Source: an uncultured bacterium
GTDB lineage: Bacteria > Planctomycetota > UBA1135 > GCA-002686595
Direction of reading: 5' to 3'
Assembly: GCA_943787795.1 (NCBI GenBank)
Contig: CALSNU010000004.1
Coordinates: 672,001-736,000 of the forward strand
DNA: 64,000 bases
The notes below the pieces were generated by a model, which did not search any database, had not been told where the DNA came from, and saw nothing but the letters and a program-made list of their open reading frames with translations. Position numbers and translations under genes: made by a program. Numbering within the stretch: the first letter of the stretch is position 1; each line of letters opens with the position of its first letter. Shown here in pieces: positions 21,388-31,088 of this stretch.

Positions 21388-21896
21388 GACCTCACCTCCA
21401 TGGCCCCGTCCGACTCCAGGAGCCGCCGGAGCTCCGTCCTCGCTCGCCGCAGCCGCCCCTCGACGGCGCGCTCCCCGATCCCCAGGAGGGCGCCAATCTC
21501 GGCCAGCCCGCTGCCCTCCACGTAGCGCATCATCAGGACCTCCCGCCAGGACTCCTGGAGCCGCCCCACCGCCGCGAGGACCGGCCCCGCCTCGGCCTCG
21601 GGCCGGGCGTCGACCGCCTCCCGATCCAGGGCGTCCCGGTCCTCCACGAGGATGAGCCGGTGGCCCCCGGAGCGGCGGCGCGCCCCGGCGCGCAGGAGGT
21701 TCAGGGCGATGCCCCGCAGCCAGGCGCCGACCGCGCCGTCGTCCTCCCAGCTCCCCTCGAACCGCTCCCGGCCCAGGTAGGCCTCCGAGAAGGCGTCCTG
21801 GGCCAACTCCACAGCGTCCGCCGGGCTCGCGCCCCGCGCACCGAGCAGCCCTACCAGGGGCCCGCGCCAGCGGTCGATGATCCGATCGAGGTCCAT
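21384..21896 (-). CDS. ECF (sigma-70 group 4) RNA polymerase sigma factor
   Basis: Region 2 DAVELAQDAF...WLRGIALN; region 4 EIGALLGIGERAVEGRLRRAR. Confidence 0.9.
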   Translation of the reverse strand: MDLDRIIDRWRGPLVGLLGARGASPADAVELAQDAFSEAYLGRERFEGSWEDDGAVGAWLRGIALNLLRAGARRRSGGHRLILVEDRDALDREAVDARPEAEAGPVLAAVGRLQESWREVLMMRYVEGSGLAEIGALLGIGERAVEGRLRRARTELRRLLESDGAMEVRS

Positions 21897-22024
21897 GTCA
21901 CCCCCATTGTCGCGGCGCCCCCCCGAACCCACGCGGATCTTCCGAAGAACCGCAGATCCCGCTCGAAGGACCCCCAGGGCTGCCCGAGCGCGCCGCAGCG
22001 CGTCGGGCGAGCTCGCGCTAGGGA

Positions 22025-22165
22025 CCGCTTCAGCGGCCCATCCCTTGGCCGGGCCCTGGGCCGAGGCCTAGGCCGGGGCGGTCATCGCCCCTCCCTTCTG
22101 TTCCCCTTCAACCACCCCCCACGATCCGCTGCTCCGCCAAGTGGCAGCTTGGATCGCTTATCCAC
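22025..22165 (+). mobile_element. IS91/ISCR-like oriIS end, copy 1 (no transposase)
   Basis: Matches the last ~140 bp of the copies attached to transposase remnants; ends GGATCGCTTATCCAC. Confidence 0.8.
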
Positions 22166-22275
22166 CGGCAAGCCGCAGAGCACGCGCGGCCTGAGCCGGC
22201 GCCCGAGACGGCGCCTGATTCGGAGCCTCGGATGGCGCCTGAGATGGCGACCGAGGCGATGCTCGGCCGCGGCCC

Positions 22276-22711
22276 TCAGCCGTTCGGGGCGACGTCCTCG
22301 AGGTAGCCCGCGACCCACTCGCGGGCCGTGGCAGAGCGCTCCCCCGCGGGTGACCCGGACCGTGGAGCCCGCGCTGACGGGGAGCCCGGAGCCGAAGTCG
22401 ATGTGGTTGTCCCCGGCGCGCCCGGCGAGGTCCAGGTGGACGCCGTCGATGGTCAGCTGGGTAGAGCTAAAGGTCTCCTCGTGCCAGTCGCAGCCGCCGA
22501 GGCCCGTCAGGACGAGGATGCGCCCCTCGGGGACGACGAAGGGCGGGGACGAGCCGTCGATCCAGACGAGGTCCGCCGCGGCGGGGCGCCCGCTCCCGTG
22601 GGGCGTGCCGTATCCGCTGCCGGCCTGCGGGGCGAAGGCGGTCAGTCCGCCGAGGGTGAGGGCGAAGGCGGCGCCGAGGGCCGCGCTGCCGAGGTCGAGG
22701 GTGAGCTTCAT
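22276..22711 (-). CDS. Small exported hypothetical protein (probable frameshift at the homopolymer run near 22341)
   Basis: Signal peptide MKLTLDLGSAALGAAFALTLGG; a shifted frame gives a plausible end SATAREWVAGYLEDVAPNG*. Confidence 0.55.
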
Positions 22712-22783
22712 GGATCCAGGGTACCGAAGGACGTGGCCAGCGAGCGGGCCGCGGGCGGGAGGGGCCCGACCGGTGCCACCGGC

Positions 22784-22879
22784 ACTCAGCACCGCGAGGC
22801 CTCCGCACGGCCAGACCTCAGTTCCGGCAGACCTCGGTAGCGCTGGGTCTCAGCACCGCTTTACCTCAGTACCCGCCCC
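22784..22879. repeat. Degenerate 16-bp tandem repeat x6 (approx. CCTCAGCACCGCNAGA)
   Basis: 16-bp periodicity directly upstream of the transposase remnant. Confidence 0.65.
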
Positions 22880-22900
22880 GCCCAGCCCTCGCCCCCCCCC

Positions 22901-23389
22901 ACCCTCGCCAGGGGCCGCCTCGAGGTCCGCGGGGACGGCCGGGTCAAGTGGACCCTCCGCCGCCCCTGGCGCGACGGCACGCGGGCCTTCGTCTTCGACC
23001 CCCTCACCTTCCTCGAGCGCCTCGTCGCCCTGGTCCCCCACCCGCGCGAGCACCAGTGGACCTACTTCGGCGTCCTCGCCCCCGCCTCGCCCCTGCGCGA
23101 TGCCGTCGTCCCCCGCCGCACCGTCCCCTCCCCCGCGCCAGGCATCGGCGAGGCCGAGCCCGAAGCTGAGCCCTGCGCCAAGGCACAGCGCCAGAGCTGG
23201 GCCGAACTCCTCCAGCGGACCTTCGCGGTGGACGTGCTGCGCTGCCCCACGTGCGGCGGCCGCCGCCACCGCGTCGCCACCCTCACCGACCCGCTCGTCG
23301 CGCGCCGGATCCTCAAGCACCTGCGTCTCCGCGCCGAGCCCCCACCCCTCGCGCCCGCCCGACCCGAGCCCCAGCTGCGCTTCGCCTGA
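22901..23389 (+). pseudogene. IS91/ISCR-family (HUH rolling-circle) transposase, C-terminal fragment of about 162 aa
   Basis: Not in the ORF track (no start). Translates as TLARGRLEVRGDGRVKWTLRRPWRDGTRAFVFDPLTFLERLVALVPHPREHQWTYFGVLAP...SWAELLQRTFAVDVLRCPTCGGRRHRVATLTDPLVARRILKHL...ARPEPQLRFA*. Confidence 0.9.
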
Positions 23390-23687
23390 TCCGCCGCCCC
23401 AGGGCCACCGCAGCGCGCCCCCATCAACGCCGACGCCCCTCCCCTGAGGGCGCCGGCTGAATTTCATGCCCCGACAGGCCGGCGGCGAGGCGCATGGCGG
23501 GGGTTTCCCCGCATTGCCCGTTGCGAGGCTAGCCATTCTCCCCCACCGTCGATCATAGATCGCTTCAGCGGCCCCTCCCTGGGCCGGGCCCTCGGCCGGG
23601 GCGGTCCACGCCCCTCCCTTCTGTTCCCCTTCAACCACCCCCACGATCCGCTGCTCCGCCAAGTGGCAGCTTGGATCGCTTATCCAC
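23390..23687 (+). mobile_element. IS91-like 3' non-coding end with oriIS, copy 2
   Basis: Follows the transposase stop; near-identical to 28455-28753 and 31620-31919; similarity stops at TATCCAC. Confidence 0.85.
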
Positions 23688-23815
23688 CGAGCACGTCGAC
23701 CTTCTCCATGGAGCTGTCGTCGTCGCGGTCCTCCCACTTGTCGGAGAGGGAGTACATGGCCCTTGGCGCTGGCGCCCTGGATCTCCTTGGCGAGCTCCTG
23801 ATGGTCCATCTCCAG

Positions 23816-24214
23816 CTATCCACTGTTCAGCTCGTCGAGCTGGAGCTCAACGAGGGCATGGCCGCGCAAGTGCATCGCGTTGAAGCGGCGCGCAAGAGCA
23901 GCGGCCCGCTCGAGCCAGCGTGCAACCGTGTTCCAGGAGAGTCCCTCGAGACGCGCGATGGCTGACTTGTTGACGCCCTCGACGCTCAGGGCGGCGACGC
24001 GGTCGAACCGGGCCATGGAGTGCTGGATGCGTCCGTACGGCGTTCCAGTCCTGGCGCCGAAGGTCGTGTCGCACGCGGTGCAGCGGTACCGGCGTCGTCG
24101 TCCGCCCTTGACCTTGGAGTAGCCATGCAGGACGACGTTGCCCTCGTCGAGCCTGCCGTGCTGCTCGCACTCGTCGTTCGGGCAGGCCACTTGGGCCAGG
24201 GCCGCATTGCTCAT
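23816..24214 (-). pseudogene. IS1-family transposase, N-terminal fragment (Zn finger + HTH; breaks off at the start of the catalytic domain)
   Basis: CPNDEC...RYRCTACDTTF, SAIARLEGLSWNTVARWLERAA, truncated after ELQLDEL. Confidence 0.8.
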
Positions 24215-24508
24215 CTGGTCTCGCTCATGACGGCGCGAGTCTAGATCGGGCGCAACACAGGAGCCGCGTGGAGGTTACGCTCGATCTGCCACAGACGATG
24301 ACGGAAGCACCGCCTTGGCGGCAGAGAGCCTCGGCGGCCTGCGTGACGTGAAACGCGCCAGAAATTCGAGGGGGAAATTCTAGCTGGCGGGGCTGCAGCA
24401 CGAAGGCCTAGCGTGAAGACGCGGCGTGAATGTAGCCGCCCAAGTCCTGTCGCCCGACGGCCTCGCGCGTCGTTGTTCACGAAGAACAAACTGCCCTCAT
24501 CGCTCTCC

Positions 24509-27500
24509 ATGAAGCTGCCCCTCGTACTGCTAACACTCGCTGCCCTCCAGAGCACACTCGCCGCCTCCCCTCAGCGTCCAACGCTGCTCCCTGGCCAATC
24601 GAACTGGACGCCTTCACTCGAGGATGGGCCGCTGGCGACCTCTGACATGTCTGCGAACTCGGCCCAGAGCCTCGTGGACTTCCTGACGGCGCCCGGTGTC
24701 GTCACGGCGAACGCGAGCTTCCAGGGGGCGACCGTCGCAGGCGGAGTGTTCAACGGTGGCCTCGCGGCTTTCGGCATCGATAGCGGCGTCGTGCTCAGCT
24801 CCGGCAACGTCGCCACGATCGCTGGACCTCAGAATCAAGTGGATCTGGCCTCGACGTTCAACAACACGCCCGGCCTTCCTGGCACAGGCACCAACGACGC
24901 GGCCATCCTCGAGTTCACGGTCCAGAGTCCCACGGCAGATGTCATCTCGCTCCAGTTCATCTTCGCCTCGGAGGAGTACAGTGAGTTTGCGAATAGAGGC
25001 ATCAACGATGCGTTCTTGTGCCTTGTCAACGGCGTCAACTACGCGAAAGTACCCGGGACCAACTCGCCAATCTCGATCGATAACGTCAACTGCGGCTGCT
25101 CCACTGAATGCTTTGTCGGCCCGACATCGGGCGTCAACTGCCAGTATTTCATCGAGAACGACTGTGACGAGCTGGGGCTACCCTTCCCATGCTCCAACTT
25201 CCCCACCGAGATGGATGGGTTCACCACTCTCCTGACCATGACGGCTCCGATCGCCGCGGGGAGCAACTCTATTCAGCTCAGCGTGGCCGACGGCGTGGAC
25301 TTCATCGGCGACTCGGTGGTCCTGCTCCGGGAGGGGAGCCTGATGCTAGGCACTCCTGTCCCCGAGTTCACGCAGTCAACCCCGTGCGGCCAGGTGCTCT
25401 CCGTTCGCGAGGGCGAACTCCTTGAATTCGGGGTCTCAGCGGTCGCCCGAAACGGGCAGGTCAACCAGGACGTACGCATCGACCTTGTGTCGCCGCCCGG
25501 CGCTCTCAGTGGAGCGACCTTCGATCCGCCCCTGGGGACTCCCGGCCAACCGGCAGTGACTCAAGTTAGCTGGACACCATCCGCGGCGGACGTTGGACTT
25601 CAACTCGTGCGCTTCCGCGCCACGGATCAGCTCGGCGTTACCAGTGACTGCGAATTCCAGATCCTGGTCGAACCCACACCGCCCTTCGTCCCTTGTGAGG
25701 AGCGCCTGGCTGCGTCTTCAGAGCAGGCGCTGGACCGCCAGGGCACACAGGTTGACTACTCCGATGGTCGATCGATCCTCGGGTCCCCCGAGCGATCGGG
25801 CGCCGGGATGGTGACCATCCACGAGGAGATAGATAGCGTCTGGACCGAGGTGGCCGACATCCCCCACCCGGCACCCTCCGGTACCAACGATGTATTCGGA
25901 TGGTCCGTCGCCATTGATGGAGATTGGGCGGTCGTCGGCGCTCCGTTCGAGGGGACCGCGCAGGCGTTCAACGGGCCAGGAGCCACTTATGTATTCCGCC
26001 GGGACGCCAACGGAACCTGGGCGCTCTGGCAGCAACTCCTGCGCTCGGGGACGCAAACCCAGGACGACCGGTTTGGCTTCAGCGTGGACGTCACGGGCGA
26101 CTTCCTCGCGGTCGGCGCCTTCGGCGACAGCCAGGGAGGCGCGAACAACGGAGCCGTGTACGTCTATCGGCTCGTCAACGGGAGCACCTGGGTCTTCGAG
26201 GACAAGCTCCTCGCCACGCCGCTCCAGAACCAGCAGACCATCCGACTCGGAACCGGGGTCGCGATCGATGGCGGGACGGTGATCTCGGGGGCCCCATACG
26301 AGGACATCAACGGGCTCCAGAGCGCAGGTGCGGCCTACGTGTTCGAACGACAGACCAACTCGACGTGGGTCCAGTCCGCTCGCCTGACCACGCCGACGCT
26401 CGCCAGCGGCACCTTCTTCGGGGTGACGGTGGACGCGTTCGGGTCGCGGGTCATCGTCGGTGCCGAAGGGGTGGGCGGAGTCGGCGCCGCGTTCATCCAC
26501 GAACGCGCGCTCGGCGGCGGCTGGGGGCTGGAGGGGACCCTGACCCCCCAGGTTCCCTCACAGAACCTCACCTTCGGACAGGGCGTCCGGCTCTACGGCG
26601 GCCGCGCCGCCGTGAACGCGCGCAACGCGAGCGTTCAAGGGCAGCCCGTGGCCGGCGCGGTCGAGATCTTCGAGCTCGACGCCTCACTGAACTGGACCTA
26701 CGTTCGCACCCTCGCGAAGACCATGCCGGCAGCCTTCGATGCCTTCGGAGCAGGCATCGGCCTCGGAGATGGGGTCGCAATCGTTGGCTGCCCCGGCGAC
26801 GACGCCTCCGGCCTCATCGACGCTGGCGCGGCTTACCTGTTCGACCTGGGCATCGCCGACTGCAACTCGAACGGCACGGCGGACTCCTGCGACCTGGCCC
26901 TCGGCACGAGCCTGGACTGCAACGGGAACCTGGTGCCCGACGAGTGCGACCTCGCGGCGGGCCTGGCCGACTGCAACGCCAACGGCGTCCTCGACTCCTG
27001 CGAGATCCAGTCCGGAAGCGCCTCGGATTGCAACGGCAACGGCATCCCCGACAGCTGTGACATCGCATCCGGCTTCGCGACGGACTGTGACGGCAACGGG
27101 GTCCCGGACGCCTGCGACATCGCGAGCGACCCGTCCCTCGACTGCAACGGGGACTCCGTGATCGACTCCTGCCAGCTCGCGACGCTGGACTGCAACGGCA
27201 ACGGCCAGCTGGATCCCTGCGAGACGGCCGCGGACCCGAGCATCGACCTGAACTCGAACTCGGTCCCGGACTCGTGCGAGGCCGTTGGCATTCTCTACTG
27301 CACCCCGAATGCACCGAACTCGGAGTTCACCGGAGGAGGAAAGATGAGCGCGATCGGTACCGCCAACGTGGTCGCCAACGACGTTCGGATCTTCGCTTCC
27401 GACCTTCCGACGAACGCCTTCGGATTCTTCATCGCCTCGCGTTCGCCAGGATTTGTGCCGTTCGCTGGCGGGTCTCAGGGCATCCTGTGCCTGGGTGGGA

Positions 27501-27712
27501 CGGTTGGCCGGTACCAGGGGCAGATTCAAAGCTCTGGGTCGCTCAACGCCTTCTCGATCCAGATCGACAATCGATCGATTCCGTTCCCGAACGGGCTCGG
27601 TTTCACGAGCGTCGCGCCCGGTGAGCGTTGGCACTTCCAGGCTTGGTACCGAGATAGCCTCGGTGGCGTCGCCACGAGCAACCTGACCGAGGGCCTCTTC
27701 ATTCAGTATTGA
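24509..27712 (+). CDS. Large secreted modular protein: choice-of-anchor-L-like domain, Ig-like module, FG-GAP propeller, DCNxNGxPDxC repeats, shared C-terminal domain
   Basis: Signal peptide; GVVLSSG...FIFASEEYSEF...MDGFTT; FGWSVAIDGDWAVVGAP-type repeats; about 8 DCNGNG repeats; ends WHFQAWYRD...LFIQY. Confidence 0.85.
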   Translation: MKLPLVLLTLAALQSTLAASPQRPTLLPGQSNWTPSLEDGPLATSDMSANSAQSLVDFLTAPGVVTANASFQGATVAGGVFNGGLAAFGIDSGVVLSSGNVATIAGPQNQVDLASTFNNTPGLPGTGTNDAAILEFTVQSPTADVISLQFIFASEEYSEFANRGINDAFLCLVNGVNYAKVPGTNSPISIDNVNCGCSTECFVGPTSGVNCQYFIENDCDELGLPFPCSNFPTEMDGFTTLLTMTAPIAAGSNSIQLSVADGVDFIGDSVVLLREGSLMLGTPVPEFTQSTPCGQVLSVREGELLEFGVSAVARNGQVNQDVRIDLVSPPGALSGATFDPPLGTPGQPAVTQVSWTPSAADVGLQLVRFRATDQLGVTSDCEFQILVEPTPPFVPCEERLAASSEQALDRQGTQVDYSDGRSILGSPERSGAGMVTIHEEIDSVWTEVADIPHPAPSGTNDVFGWSVAIDGDWAVVGAPFEGTAQAFNGPGATYVFRRDANGTWALWQQLLRSGTQTQDDRFGFSVDVTGDFLAVGAFGDSQGGANNGAVYVYRLVNGSTWVFEDKLLATPLQNQQTIRLGTGVAIDGGTVISGAPYEDINGLQSAGAAYVFERQTNSTWVQSARLTTPTLASGTFFGVTVDAFGSRVIVGAEGVGGVGAAFIHERALGGGWGLEGTLTPQVPSQNLTFGQGVRLYGGRAAVNARNASVQGQPVAGAVEIFELDASLNWTYVRTLAKTMPAAFDAFGAGIGLGDGVAIVGCPGDDASGLIDAGAAYLFDLGIADCNSNGTADSCDLALGTSLDCNGNLVPDECDLAAGLADCNANGVLDSCEIQSGSASDCNGNGIPDSCDIASGFATDCDGNGVPDACDIASDPSLDCNGDSVIDSCQLATLDCNGNGQLDPCETAADPSIDLNSNSVPDSCEAVGILYCTPNAPNSEFTGGGKMSAIGTANVVANDVRIFASDLPTNAFGFFIASRSPGFVPFAGGSQGILCLGGTVGRYQGQIQSSGSLNAFSIQIDNRSIPFPNGLGFTSVAPGERWHFQAWYRDSLGGVATSNLTEGLFIQY

Positions 27713-27789
27713 AACGGGTCTCCCCCGCCATGCGGCGCGCGCGTCCTTGTCACGCTCCGCAGCTGCGAGGAAGCCTCGACACGGCCGTG

Positions 27790-27998
27790 GACGATGGGGG
27801 GGCCCCGGCCAGCTGGTGAACTCCGGCTCCACGGGCACGGCCGCCCTCCCCATCGACCTCGGCGCCATGCCCACCCCCACCGGCCTGGTCGCCGCCACCC
27901 TCTTCTCCACCTGGCACTTCCAGCTCTGGCACCGCGACGGCGTCAACGGCCAGAGCACCTCCAACTTCGCGGACGCCGTCGCGGTAACGTTCCAGTAG
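27790..27998 (+). pseudogene. Orphan 3' half of the shared C-terminal domain
   Basis: GPGQLVNSGSTGTAALPIDLGAMPTPTG...TWHFQLWHRDGVNGQSTSNFADAVAVTFQ*; no N-terminal part or signal peptide. Confidence 0.75.
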
Positions 27999-28048
27999 GC
28001 GGAGGCCGGACGGAAGAGAAGAGGAGCGACGAGCAGCCGTCGGGGAGA

Positions 28049-28753
28049 GTACGGAGTCGTAGCAACTATCGCGCACAACTCCGCCCTCGTCGCCCTGGTC
28101 CCCCACCCGCGCGAGCACCAGTGGACCTACTTCGGCGTCCTCGCCCCCGCCTCGCCCCTGCGCGATGCCGTCGTCCCCCGCCGCACCGTCCCCTCCCCCG
28201 GGCCAGGCATCGGCGAGGCCGAGCCCGAAGCTGAGCCCTGCGCCAAACCACAGCGCCAGAGCTGGGCCGAGCTCCTCCAGCGGACCTTCGCGGTGGACGT
28301 GCTGCGCTGCCCCACGTGCGGCGGCCGCCGCCACCGCGTCGCCACCCTCACCGACCCGCTCGTCGCGCGCCGGATCCTCAAGCACCTGCGTCTCCGCGCC
28401 GAGCCCCCACCCCTCGCGCCCGCCCGACCCGAGCCCCAGCTGCGCTTCGCCTGATCCGCCGCCCCAGGCCCACCGCAGCGCGCCCCGATCGACGCCGACG
28501 TCCCTCCCCTGAGGGCGCCGGCTCAACTTCGTGGCCCGCCAGGCCGGCGGCGAGGCCCAGGGTGGGGAGTTTTCCCGCATTGCCCGTTGCGAGGCTAGCT
28601 ATTCTCCCCCACAGTCGGTCATAGATCGCTTCAGCGGCCCCTCCCTGGGCCGGGCCCTCGGCCGGGGCGGGCATCGCCCCTCCCTCCTGTTCTCCTTCAA
28701 CCACCCCCACGATCCGCTGCTCCGCCAAGTGGCAGCTTGGATCGCTTATCCAC
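28049..28753 (+). mobile_element. Internally deleted IS91-like element, copy 3: putative terIS (28049-28079) + transposase 3' fragment (28086-28454) + oriIS
   Basis: Transposase fragment almost identical to 23021-23389; the 31-bp left motif recurs at 29624-29654 on the minus strand. Confidence 0.85.
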
Positions 28754-28803
28754 TTCTGAGTGTGGCTAAATTGAACTACCAAAATGCGCCGGGCAGGCGT
28801 TCT

Positions 28804-29244
28804 ATGGCTACGGCGTACGTGATGTTCGCTTTGGCGTCGGGAACAGTGGCGTTCCAAAGCACAATGGCATCCTCCAGCGTCTCGGAGAAAGTATCCGCCA
28901 GAACTTTTGAAGTGCTCAACGCTGACGGGAATGTAGCGGCACGCATCGGTGCGAACGAGTTTGGGGGGACTTTCGAACTATTTAGAACAGACAAGGGAGA
29001 AGAACCGCGAGCTATCATCTGGGCCGGTTCGATGCTACCTGGTGGAGCGGAGATCATGGTCACTGCACCGGATGAGAGCGAGTCCAGCGTCTATCTCTCA
29101 GTGAGCGGCGAGCCTGCGACCCCATCTATCTCGGGTACGTTTGGGAAGACAACACCGAGTTTCAAAATAGGCTCTCGGAATGATGATTACCCCGTTCTTA
29201 AGCTGTGGAATGCCGACGGAAAAACAGTTCGCTTCGAGAAGTGA
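28804..29244 (+). CDS. Hypothetical exported protein in a low-GC segment
   Basis: Open frame with hydrophobic N-terminus and beta-rich ARTFEVLNADGNVAARIG pattern; codon usage unlike the flanks. Confidence 0.6.
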   Translation: MATAYVMFALASGTVAFQSTMASSSVSEKVSARTFEVLNADGNVAARIGANEFGGTFELFRTDKGEEPRAIIWAGSMLPGGAEIMVTAPDESESSVYLSVSGEPATPSISGTFGKTTPSFKIGSRNDDYPVLKLWNADGKTVRFEK

Positions 29245-29505
29245 CCGTACGTAGTGGTTTCGGTGGTGTTTTTTTCTAGGCCGAGCGTACCAGCTCCATT
29301 CCTGTAGGATTAGGATTAATTCTTCTGCTGCTAGCCAAAAACATCAGCACGACAAACTCTACTAACAATCGTCTGGTCTCTACTACTTTTGCATGATGGA
29401 CGATGCTGCTAATCAGAACCTCTGGATATCTGTAGGCGGTGAGGCAACCCCAGGATAGTGGTCCAGCAGTTCTTGAAGATCTCGACTAGTACGAGACCTT
29501 GAACG

Positions 29506-29654
29506 GTGGATAAGCGATCCAAGCTGCCACTTGGCGGAGCAGGGGGTCGTGGGGGTGGTTGAAGGAGAACAGAAGGGAGGGGCGATGACCGCCCCGGGCC
29601 GACGGGATAGACCGGCACCGGGCGTTGTGCGCGATAGTTGCTACGACTCCGTAC
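29506..29654 (-). mobile_element. 149-bp miniature IS91-like element, copy 4: putative terIS + short linker + oriIS
   Basis: Reverse complement reads GTACGGAGTCGTAGCAACTATCGCGCACAAC...CATCGCCCCTCCCTTCTGTTCTCCTTCAACCACCCCCACGACCCCCTGCTCCGCCAAGTGGCAGCTTGGATCGCTTATCCAC. Confidence 0.8.
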
Positions 29655-29658
29655 GTCC

Positions 29659-29875
29659 CTGACCAGCGTCACCAAGACGTGCGTACGCGCCGGCCTCCGT
29701 TACCCAACTCGACTCAAGATGTAGAGCAAATCACGACAACACGAACGCGCCCCCGCATCGACCATCGAAGTTGAAGGCCCGAAGCGGGGGCGCTCAAGGC
29801 AGCAGTTACGAGCGAACGTTCAACAGTGCCAAGGTATGTCCGTCAACGAGGGTTGACAGGTCCATCCACATCAGT
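29659..29875 (-). repeat. 216/217-bp structured non-coding repeat, inverted copy
   Basis: Reverse complement of the unit at 31086-31517, with one extra base. Confidence 0.95.
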
Positions 29876-30071
29876 GAAACGTCACCGCCAGACCGTTCGA
29901 GAAATTGCCATCGAGGAATTCCCCCCCCGACATATTTGGAGACTGGTAACCTCGAGCCAACGCTTCGGCTCGCAGGTTCTGGGCACTTCAGCATCTCGCG
30001 GCAGCCGAAACGTCCCTCTCTCGGCCACTCTTCAGTAGAGAGGCTGCCTCCGTACCTGCTCTGAGAACACT

Positions 30072-31088
30072 ATGAAGCTCTCCCTTCTCGCCATCGCGTT
30101 CGCGACCCTGCCCTCCCTGGCCCAGGCTCAGCTGATCCCCGACCGCGCGACGCTAAACGCGATCCTCGGCGGCGGCCAGACCCTCGAGGACTTCGAGGCG
30201 TTCAACGTCGCGGCCACCCAGGCAATGGGCATCGGGGTGATTATTCTCGACGATAGCACTCTCGCAGCTGGCCAAGGTCCCGGCCTCGTGGCACCCGGAG
30301 TCAGCTATGAGTGCGCCAACAACCAGCTGCAGTGGAACGGTGACATGTACTTTGGAATGGGTACCAAGACGTTCCTTGCCTTCGCCAGCGCCGGCGGGCA
30401 ACTCGACTTCCGGTACACGGCCCCCGTCACTGCCATGGGCGTGGACGTGACCAACTTCGAGGGGTTCGGGTTCACCGGACAGGCAACCATCAGGGACGTT
30501 GCCGGTGCGGTGGTGGGTACCGTGCCCTTCACCTTGAACGGCGGTCCCAACGAGCGGGTATTCGTCGGCTGGCAGCATGCCGGCGGGATCGGCCGCGTCG
30601 AGATCCAGAGCCCCGACTTCCCATGGAGCCCCGTGGTGGACGACCACGGCTACGGCGGCGGCGTGGGCCTTGGCACGAACTACTGCGGACCCGCCGCTCC
30701 GAATAGCACTGGCTCGCCTGCAACGATCACCGCGAGCGGTTCGAATAGCGCCGCAGCGAACGACCTCACTCTCACCGCAGGTTCTCTGCCGGCCAACTCG
30801 TTCGGCTACTTCCTGAACTCTCAGACCCAAGACCACGTCGTCAACGCCGGGGGAAGCCAAGGCACCTTGTGCCTGGGCGGCACGGTCGGCCGGCACAACG
30901 TGTCCGTGCTGAATTCGGGGGCGGTCGGAACCTATGCGTTGGCCCTGAACCTCACGGCTTTGCCGCAGCCGACGGCGACGGTAGCCGTCATGGCAGGCGA
31001 GACCTGGAATTTTCAGTCGTGGTACCGCGACGCGAACCCGGGGGTGACGAGCAACTTCACGGACGCCGTGAGCGTGACGTTCCAGTGA
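30072..31088 (+). CDS. Secreted protein with the shared C-terminal domain
   Basis: MKLSLLAIAFATLPSLAQA signal; GTNYCGPAAPNSTG...GTLCLGGTVGR...ETWNFQSWYRD...AVSVTFQ. Confidence 0.88.
   Translation: MKLSLLAIAFATLPSLAQAQLIPDRATLNAILGGGQTLEDFEAFNVAATQAMGIGVIILDDSTLAAGQGPGLVAPGVSYECANNQLQWNGDMYFGMGTKTFLAFASAGGQLDFRYTAPVTAMGVDVTNFEGFGFTGQATIRDVAGAVVGTVPFTLNGGPNERVFVGWQHAGGIGRVEIQSPDFPWSPVVDDHGYGGGVGLGTNYCGPAAPNSTGSPATITASGSNSAAANDLTLTAGSLPANSFGYFLNSQTQDHVVNAGGSQGTLCLGGTVGRHNVSVLNSGAVGTYALALNLTALPQPTATVAVMAGETWNFQSWYRDANPGVTSNFTDAVSVTFQ

Noticed and set aside
22850..23809. Repeated minus-strand ORFs (22850..23809, 27750..28580, 31450..31866) and WIAYP-containing ORFs
   Set aside because: They are translations of the repeated IS91 end DNA. 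The real coding frame is the start-less plus-strand transposase fragment.
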